Position numbers and translations under genes: made by a program. A DNA stretch of 6,900 nucleotides from Candidatus Wukongarchaeum yapensis (lineage in GTDB: Archaea > Asgardarchaeota > Wukongarchaeia > Wukongarchaeales > Wukongarchaeaceae): contig JAEOSI010000123.1 of assembly GCA_016840425.1 (NCBI GenBank), positions 1 to 6,900 on the forward strand. Reading direction: 5' to 3'. The stretch's first letter is position 1. The number at the start of each line of letters is the position of its first letter. The notes under the pieces were generated by a model that saw nothing but the letters and a program-made list of their open reading frames with translations, searched no databases and had not been told where the DNA came from. This document shows, in pieces, positions 1 to 5,390 of the stretch.

Positions 1-8
1 CCGCCTGT

Positions 9-26
9 AAAAAACGCTTCATAGCG
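9..26 (-). terminator. Candidate terminator downstream of tRNA-Glu
   Basis: On the minus strand a small hairpin CGCT-ATGA-AGCG is followed directly by T6, starting about 34 nt after the CCA end. Confidence 0.35.
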
Positions 27-76
27 ATGTTAAAAGTCGAGGGATTATGGAAGGAATGTTGGTGCCGCGGAGGGGA

Positions 77-119
77 TTTTCGCCATATTCTACGTTAGAA
101 AGGTTTTAGTGATTACGGT
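77..119 (-). other. 43-nt tRNA intron in the T-loop (position 59/60)
   Basis: Strict hBHBh' motif: outer helix AGGGG/CCCCT, central helix TTCG/CGAA, bulges AAA and AAT, inner helix CCGTA/TATGG. Splicing restores the T-loop TTCGAAT. Confidence 0.9.
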
Positions 120-161
120 TTCGAACCCCTGTCGCGAGGGCGAAAGCCTCGAATGCTTGGC

Positions 162-192
162 TTAACCCTCTCCAAAACTACTAGTTGAGAGT
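162..192 (-). other. 31-nt tRNA intron in the D-loop (position 18/19)
   Basis: Helix AGCC/GGTT, bulges AGA and AAG, inner helix CTCTC/GAGAG. Cutting after the second nt of each bulge restores the D-loop AGCCAGGCCAA with G18G19. Confidence 0.85.
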
Positions 193-268
193 CTGGCTAC
201 ACTACCGCGGCACTTAGGGTTAATTAGGTTTTGAAATCTTTTACGTAACATATTTATCTACTTTTCTT

Positions 269-282
269 TTTATAAATTTTTC
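269..282 (-). promoter_or_regulatory. BRE + TATA box, probably the tRNA-Glu promoter
   Basis: The minus strand reads GAAAAA-TTTATAAA, a purine-rich BRE directly 5' of a consensus archaeal TATA box, about 60 nt upstream of the mature tRNA 5' end. Confidence 0.55.
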
Positions 283-366
283 AAAAGGATAAAGGATAAA
301 AAGTAGTTGATCCTACTTATTTTTTGAATTACTAAAGGCTTTGAAGATGCCTGTTGAGTTTTCCGA

Positions 367-462
367 GGGCCCGTAGCTCAGCCTGGTAGAGCGGCAGGCT
401 CATAATTCCAGTCGATATGAGAAACCTGTTAGTCAAGGGTTCAAATCCCTTCGGGCCCACCA
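367..462 (+). tRNA. tRNA with CAU anticodon, most likely tRNA-Ile2 (agmatidine type); intron 405-423; CCA encoded
   Basis: Acceptor stem GGGCCCG/CGGGCCC; D-arm GCTC-AGCCTGGTA-GAGC; anticodon stem GCAGG/CCTGT with CAT at 401-403; T-arm AAGGG-TTCAAAT-CCCTT; ACCA at 459-462. The mature length is 77 nt. The G1-C72/G2-C71 GGGCCC acceptor is typical of archaeal Ile tRNAs. The initiator has A1-U72 and elongator Met usually starts GCC. Confidence 0.9.
405..423 (+). other. 19-nt tRNA intron at the canonical 37/38 position
   Basis: The intron's TGAG (418-421) pairs with CTCA (399-402). A 3' bulge AAA (422-424) precedes the CCTGT anticodon-stem strand. Confidence 0.88.
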
Positions 463-572
463 ATTTTTAAAATGAAAAGAGGGAGAAAATTATTTGTTCT
501 TCAAGAAGTTATAAAAGACATCCTAGTTGAAGATTGAGGGGTGAGAGGGAAGCAAGATAGTAATTTAAAGGG

Positions 573-1604
573 TTATTTTTCGTTTTTTTGGTTGTTTTTT
601 GAAATTGACAAAAATAGTGAGCCTAAAAAGACTGCTAAAATCTCTATGAGAAGGCGGGTCATTACAGTTAATAGTATTCCTGCGGTGGCTATTACCTCGC
701 CTATTCCTCCGATTTTTGCTAGTACTAAGATTGCCATTACCGCGCCTGCCCCCAGTTCACCTGGTCCTGAGGAGACTCCTACGAAATTACTTAAACCTAT
801 GGCAAATATTAGAATTTTGAGGGACGCTTGTACGTCGAATGCTAAAAGGGCGAAGTATAATACTAGTATTTCTATTGCCCATCTGATTCCTGTTAGAAAA
901 GTTGCTGTTATCAAGGGCTTTCGATCGAGATGTATATATTGCTTTATTGCACGGTAATATCTTTCAACCACGTTCAGGATTTTTTCGGCTATTTTTTTTC
1001 CTATTTTACCTAGTTTACTGAAGACTTTAGCTAGTTTTTCAAAGAACGCTTTCCCTAATCTTTCCCACAAGAGAGCAAGGAGGATGAAGGACCATATTGC
1101 GAAAGCGATTGCTGCTGCCACTGTGAATAAACCCCACTCAGCAGCGTATTCTTTACCAGCAGTTAAGAAGAAAAATATGACCATTAATCCTATCGCTATG
1201 CAGTCTAAAAGACGGTAGATGAAAATGGCTGCGCCTACGTCTCCAAATTTCATTTTTAAAAGTCTACGTTTGACTTCAACCTTTCCTACTTCTCCTAGTG
1301 TTGGAGGGGATGCGACAGTCAAACTATAACAGAAAAAATAAACAGGCAGGAAGTTAGTTAGATTTAGATTTTTGTTTATTGCATTGAAAAGTTTGTAAGA
1401 TCGATAGCCTTTTGTCAGGAGTCTTAGTGTCGCAAAAGTGAGGACTAGGACTACAAATTTTATTTCCGCTTCTTTAAAGACGTTAATTAGTTTCGATGGA
1501 CCAACCTTCCAAATGACGAGGGAGAGAAGAAAGACAGTTATTAAAATAGCCATTTTACGATAGCTTTTCTGTTCTTCGTAAGTGTTTTCGGGCAGAAAGT
1601 TCAT
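573..1604 (-). CDS. UPF0104 / lysylphosphatidylglycerol-synthase TM-domain (flippase-like) membrane protein
   Basis: 343 aa with about 8 hydrophobic segments and family-like motifs: R after TM2 (KGYRS), P..LGEVGK, YRLLD, a central basic amphipathic stretch, PGELG and a late R (TRLL). A GGAG lies upstream of the ATG. Confidence 0.75.
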   Translation of the reverse strand: MNFLPENTYEEQKSYRKMAILITVFLLSLVIWKVGPSKLINVFKEAEIKFVVLVLTFATLRLLTKGYRSYKLFNAINKNLNLTNFLPVYFFCYSLTVASPPTLGEVGKVEVKRRLLKMKFGDVGAAIFIYRLLDCIAIGLMVIFFFLTAGKEYAAEWGLFTVAAAIAFAIWSFILLALLWERLGKAFFEKLAKVFSKLGKIGKKIAEKILNVVERYYRAIKQYIHLDRKPLITATFLTGIRWAIEILVLYFALLAFDVQASLKILIFAIGLSNFVGVSSGPGELGAGAVMAILVLAKIGGIGEVIATAGILLTVMTRLLIEILAVFLGSLFLSISKNNQKNEK

Positions 1605-1625
1605 AGTGTATGCTCCGTTTCAAAA

Positions 1626-1643
1626 GTTTAAAGTATCTTTTCC
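1626..1643 (-). promoter_or_regulatory. Candidate BRE/TATA for the flippase-like gene
   Basis: The minus strand reads GGAAAAGATAC-TTTAAAC, with the TATA centred about 26 nt upstream of ATG 1604, which is leaderless-type spacing. The same element reads CAAAAG-TTTAAAG on the plus strand and could be bidirectional. Confidence 0.35.
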
Positions 1644-1784
1644 TAGAGTCGAAAAGATTAGTGGTCGATATTATTTGATTTATAATAGGATATTGTTAGT
1701 AATAAGTTTTTGAGAGGAGATTATGAAAAAAGTGGAATGGTTTTTAATGGTTATTATTTTTATTTTTTTAGGTGATTGGGGGAA

Positions 1785-2420
1785 ATGTTGAGGCGTCGGC
1801 AGGAGCTTGAGATATTTTTGGAAAAGCTTAAGAGTTATCCGGATCCTAAGCTTGTTTTTGAGCAGTATACTACGCCTGCGAGGGTTGTTGCTAATGTTGT
1901 TTGGGAGATGGTTTTGAGGGGGGATTTGCCTTGTTATTCTGTTGTTGATTTGGGTTGTGGTACTGGGAGGTTTGGTATTGCTTGTGCTTTGATGGGGGCT
2001 GAAAAGGTCGTGGGCATCGATATTGATAGAGACGCTGTTTTTTTAGCGGTTGAAAATAGTAAGATAACAGAGGTGGAAAGAAAGGTTAAGTGGGTGGTAG
2101 GGGATATTGATGCGGTGAGAGGAAAGTTTGATTTAGCGGTTATGAATCCTCCTTTTGGGATAAAAGGGGTTGAACGGGATAAGCGTTTCGTTTTGAAGGG
2201 TTTGGAGCTAGCTCCGGTTGTTTATTCTTTGCATTTGGCCGGTGAAAAAACCCGAAAGTTTTTGAATAGGCTTGCTAAATCTTATAATGCAGTTGTAACG
2301 GAGATATTGAGAATGGAGTTTGAAATCCCGAAAACGTACAAGTTTCACCGGAAAAAATGGCACGTGATAAATGTGGATATGTTCAGAATTCAAAGAATTG
2401 AAACATTAAAAAACATTTAA
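1785..2420 (+). CDS. METTL5-family SAM-dependent N6-adenine RNA methyltransferase
   Basis: EQYTTP N-terminal motif, SAM motif I DLGCGTG, acidic GIDID and catalytic NPPF. I moved the start from TTG 1776 to ATG 1785 because the SD AGGTGA (1770-1775) abuts TTG 1776 but sits 9 nt before the ATG. Confidence 0.92.
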   Translation: MLRRRQELEIFLEKLKSYPDPKLVFEQYTTPARVVANVVWEMVLRGDLPCYSVVDLGCGTGRFGIACALMGAEKVVGIDIDRDAVFLAVENSKITEVERKVKWVVGDIDAVRGKFDLAVMNPPFGIKGVERDKRFVLKGLELAPVVYSLHLAGEKTRKFLNRLAKSYNAVVTEILRMEFEIPKTYKFHRKKWHVINVDMFRIQRIETLKNI

Positions 2421-2497
2421 GCTTTTATTTTGAATTGAGAATTTCTGTGGACGGGGTTGTTTAAGGTTTTTATTGCAACGAGGAGGTTGCTTTGTCC

Positions 2498-3124
2498 ATG
2501 AATAGAAAAGAAAACGAGGAAAATAAAGGAAAACGAGGAAAAATAGAGAGATTTGTTTTGCCCGGCGATTTGTTAGGAGTTATTGAGGAGTTTGTTCCTG
2601 GAGATAACTGTTACGTAGAGGACGGAAAAATCTATTCTAACATCGCTGGATATTTATTAGTTGATAAGGCTAAACATAGAGCAAACATTATCCCTGGAAA
2701 TCCGCGACAAAAACTTCCTAAAGTAGGAGATAAGGTTGCAGGTATAATTACATCCACTATGAGAGATTCAGCGACTATAGAGTTTTCCATGGTAAATGAG
2801 GAAAATATAGGGTTACCTTTTACAGGATTGGTGCATGTAAGCCAAATTTCTAAAAAGTTTGTTGAAGATGTTTTCGCAGCAATGCGGCGAGGGGACATTA
2901 TAAGGGCAAGAATAATTGATGTAAAGTTTTTGCCTTTTCAATTGGCTACTAACGAGGGAGATTTAGGGGTGATAAGAGCGCATTGTACTAAGTGTGGTGA
3001 ACCCTTAGTTAAGATGGAGAGAGACCTGCTCGAGTGTCCCGCTTGCGGTTTAAAGGAGAAAAGGAAGTTAGCGAAAGATTATATCCAGCCTCGCTTTTCC
3101 ACAAAAGATAAACACCACAACTAG
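2498..3124 (+). CDS. csl4: Exosome complex RNA-binding cap protein Csl4
   Basis: N-terminal VLPGDLLG..EEF.PG domain, S1 domain (PKVGD...G.VHVSQIS...GDIIRARI) and a C-terminal Zn ribbon CTKC-x14-CPAC ending in ERKLA-like EKRKLA. SD GGAGGT at 2482-2487. The alternative start is TTG 2492. Confidence 0.93.
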   Translation: MNRKENEENKGKRGKIERFVLPGDLLGVIEEFVPGDNCYVEDGKIYSNIAGYLLVDKAKHRANIIPGNPRQKLPKVGDKVAGIITSTMRDSATIEFSMVNEENIGLPFTGLVHVSQISKKFVEDVFAAMRRGDIIRARIIDVKFLPFQLATNEGDLGVIRAHCTKCGEPLVKMERDLLECPACGLKEKRKLAKDYIQPRFSTKDKHHN

Positions 3125-3173
3125 TCCTATATTACTTTTTTCTTAAAGCTTTTTTATAGAAGGGTATCTTTTA

Positions 3174-3827
3174 ATGGGACAATTTGGAAAAAAACATTTA
3201 AACATCTCAATAAAGAGCCAGAAAGAGTTAGAGATGTTTATTGATTTTATAACTAAGACGATTAAATACTGTAATTTTTCCCTTAAAACTAAAGGTTTTA
3301 ACTGCAAAATATCGATCTTGGGGGATAAAGCTGCTCAAAAATTGGCTATAACGACGATTAGAAAGATTCATTCAAATATCAAAAAAGCACTCTATCCTTC
3401 AGCAGAGGGTACTTATGCGTATAGTAGTCAGTTGTTGGCTAAAGTAGTTGGTTTCCCCGTTTCTCAGGAAATGCTGGTAGAGGTTTTGCAGAGGAAAGGT
3501 TTCAGAACCCATATCAAAAAAGATATTTTGGTCACTAATTTGGATTTAAACGGCGTGAAAGAAGAAGCGCAAGACTTATGGAGTAACATAAACTTCTTCA
3601 ATAATCTAAATATGGCCAGATCCTTAAGACACACCTTAGCAATCGCCGCCACCGTTATGGAATTATCACCCCAATTTATGGCTGAAATGGCTACGGAAAA
3701 AAGTTTAATAAAAACTTTAAATGGAAAATATTATTTGAAAGTAAACCCCCAACAAGCTCTAGAAGAACTTTTAGCTGAAAAAAGCCAAAACGAAGCAAAA
3801 ATCAGGCAAAGAAGTGAAAAAACATGA
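3174..3827 (+). CDS. Conserved archaeal hypothetical protein, probably DUF2067 family
   Basis: 217 aa lying between csl4 and rpo11, the usual position of DUF2067. Its sequence pattern fits my recollection of the family (EL..F...I; LYP..EG.Y.Y...L....G...S...LVEVL...G). This is recognition from memory, not an HMM result. Confidence 0.7.
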   Translation: MGQFGKKHLNISIKSQKELEMFIDFITKTIKYCNFSLKTKGFNCKISILGDKAAQKLAITTIRKIHSNIKKALYPSAEGTYAYSSQLLAKVVGFPVSQEMLVEVLQRKGFRTHIKKDILVTNLDLNGVKEEAQDLWSNINFFNNLNMARSLRHTLAIAATVMELSPQFMAEMATEKSLIKTLNGKYYLKVNPQQALEELLAEKSQNEAKIRQRSEKT

Positions 3828-4123
3828 TGATAAAACAGTTAAAACTCGAAGAAAAAATGATTGAAATCGTGATTGAAGGAGAGGGACACACCTTTCTTAA
3901 TATTTTAACCCAAACACTCCAAGAAAATCCAGACGTGAACTTTGCAGCTTACATAATAGACCATCCAAAGATAAGCCATCCACGGCTAGTAGTTTCTGTA
4001 AGCGATGGAACCCCCTTCGAAGCTATAATGGAAGCTACTAAAAAATTGGAAGAAAAAAGCCAAGAATTTATTGAAAAATTTACAGAAGCATTCAAAAAAT
4101 ACAAAGATAAAAAGGAAGAGTAA
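3824..4123 (+). CDS. rpo11: DNA-directed RNA polymerase subunit Rpo11 (L)
   Basis: 99 aa with the RPB11/RpoL signature IEGEGHTFLNIL...L...PDV.FAAY.IDHP. It overlaps the upstream stop via ATGA. Confidence 0.96.
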   Translation: MMIKQLKLEEKMIEIVIEGEGHTFLNILTQTLQENPDVNFAAYIIDHPKISHPRLVVSVSDGTPFEAIMEATKKLEEKSQEFIEKFTEAFKKYKDKKEE

Positions 4124-4166
4124 AAAGGAAAATTAGAGAGGAAAGGTTCCTGAGAGGTTACATATT

Positions 4167-4679
4167 TTGCCTAAAACTTCGAAGGGAGACAATGATAAAA
4201 GCGGGGAGTACTTAACTTCAGGCTGGGAAAATTACCTCAAAAAATTTAGATCTTTCCGTAAGATCCTTAAAAATAAAAATTTAGCACGATTAGGAGATGC
4301 CTTAATTAATTTTGCATATTCCCTAGCTAAATCAAGAATAGAAGGGATCCCGACAGGGGTAAAGGTGCAAGATAAAGCCCTAGCAGAAGCAATAAGAAAA
4401 ACGAAGTTGAAGAAAGTTTTGCCTCTAAGAAGCAAAGAAGATGCGCTAGGAGACGCCGTAGAAGCCCTATGCGCTTACACCTGGTTAAACCAAACGATCA
4501 CAATTGAAGAAATGGTTGAAACACTACAAAACGCCCTCCAAGGAGAAGACATGACGCACCCAAGACTGGAAAAAAAAGCTTGCACAAAAGCCTTCAACGA
4601 ACTACTAAACAAAATAGTCACCAGACACGAAAATTTAGAAAAAAAGATTATACAACCACAACAACAACAAAAATCATAG
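4167..4679 (+). CDS. Archaeal ribonuclease III-like protein (Mini-III-like, no dsRBD)
   Basis: RNase III-type motifs LARLGDALINF and LGDAVEAL..Y.WL in a single 170-aa domain. TTG start with SD GAGGT (4154-4158) 8 nt upstream. Confidence 0.8.
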   Translation: MPKTSKGDNDKSGEYLTSGWENYLKKFRSFRKILKNKNLARLGDALINFAYSLAKSRIEGIPTGVKVQDKALAEAIRKTKLKKVLPLRSKEDALGDAVEALCAYTWLNQTITIEEMVETLQNALQGEDMTHPRLEKKACTKAFNELLNKIVTRHENLEKKIIQPQQQQKS

Positions 4680-4710
4680 AAAAAATAAAGAGATTGCAGG
4701 GGCAGAAATC

Positions 4711-5310
4711 ATGAACCCTGAACTACCCACCATACACCTAGATAAGAAAGGATTACGTGTCTTAGGAATCGCTGAAAGCTTCTATAAAGAAAAGGGAGGC
4801 AAATCAGTTCTCGCAGGAGTTGTGATGCGAGCAGACAAAAACATCATAGATGGCACTACTTTCACCAAGATAACAGTAGGGGGCATGGATGCAACTGAAG
4901 GAACTTTAAAAATTTGGAACCAATTAAAAAGACCAGATATAAACGCGATATTTTTAAACGGCTGTGTTATCGCCATGTTCAACATAATTGATTTAGAAGA
5001 GGTTTGGAAGAAAACCGAAAAACCGCTAATATGCATTACCTACGAAGAAAGTGAAGGATTAGAAAAATACCTAGAAGAATTAGAGAACAAAAAAGAGAGA
5101 GAAGAAATATATGAAAAAAACGGACCAAGAGAGAAGATAACAGTTCACACAGGACACGAAGTCTACATAAGAGCTCTTGGCATAAATACCGACCAAGCCA
5201 TAGAACTTCTAAATAAATTCATTATCCAAGGCTCAAAAGCAGAACCAATAAGAGTGGCAAGAATACTAGCAAGAGAAATACTAAAATTCCTCCATAACTC
5301 AAACGGGTAA
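4711..5310 (+). CDS. DUF99 / UPF0215 family protein (endonuclease V-like fold)
   Basis: RVLGIAESF, LAGVVMR.D..IDG, ITVGGMDAT, G...AMFNIID...V, PLI.I.YE and a C-terminal EPIRVARILA, all typical of DUF99. Confidence 0.85.
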   Translation: MNPELPTIHLDKKGLRVLGIAESFYKEKGGKSVLAGVVMRADKNIIDGTTFTKITVGGMDATEGTLKIWNQLKRPDINAIFLNGCVIAMFNIIDLEEVWKKTEKPLICITYEESEGLEKYLEELENKKEREEIYEKNGPREKITVHTGHEVYIRALGINTDQAIELLNKFIIQGSKAEPIRVARILAREILKFLHNSNG

Positions 5311-5329
5311 TAGAAAGAAGACTAAGCAT

Positions 5330-5390
5330 AACATAAAAGAAAGAGAGGGAGAAAGCACGCAAACAAGAAAAAAAGAAGCGTGCAAATGAT
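5330..5390 (-). terminator. Candidate atpB terminator between convergent genes
   Basis: After the atpB stop the minus strand reads GCACGC-TTCTTTTTTTCTTGTTT-GCGTGC and then a pyrimidine tract TTTCTCCCTCTCTTTCTTTT. This is a 6-bp inverted repeat (5355-5360/5378-5383) with U-rich tracts. Confidence 0.5.

Larger units (their letters stand above)
60..211 (-). tRNA. tRNA-Glu(UUC) with two introns (162-192 and 77-119); CCA encoded
   Basis: The reverse complement folds after removing two inserts. Acceptor stem GCCGCGG (211-205)/CCGCGGC (70-64); D-arm GTGT-AGCCAG^GCCAA-GCAT; anticodon arm CGAGG-CT TTC GC-CCTCG (anticodon 144-142); T-arm AGGGG-TTCGAA^T-CCCCT; discriminator A63 and CCA (62-60). The mature length is 78 nt. 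Confidence 0.95.

Noticed and set aside
77-192. tRNA introns as guide RNAs or ORF-bearing mobile introns
   Set aside because: They are too short (31 and 43 nt), with no complete C/D box set and no ORF.
1-540. tRNA 3' ends as possible integration (att) sites
   Set aside because: There is no duplicated tRNA 3' fragment, integrase or foreign gene inside the window. The region left of tRNA-Glu cannot be assessed.
541-957. 138-aa plus-strand ORF
   Set aside because: It is an antisense shadow of the flippase-like gene, with no recognisable motif.
3144-3160. AAAGC-TTTTTTATAG as an internal promoter for the DUF2067-like gene
   Set aside because: It looks like BRE/TATA but lies only about 15-22 nt before ATG 3174, too close for normal spacing. 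It could equally be part of a T-rich terminator.
4653-4670. CAA-CCA-(CAA)4 giving a QPQQQQ tail on the RNase III-like protein
   Set aside because: It is a very short microsatellite in the A/C-richest region and is explained by local composition.
2208-5036. Short minus-strand ORFs 2208-2393, 2632-2898, 3464-3652, 4232-4435 and 4782-5036
   Set aside because: Each lies antisense inside a well-supported conserved gene and has no motif of its own.
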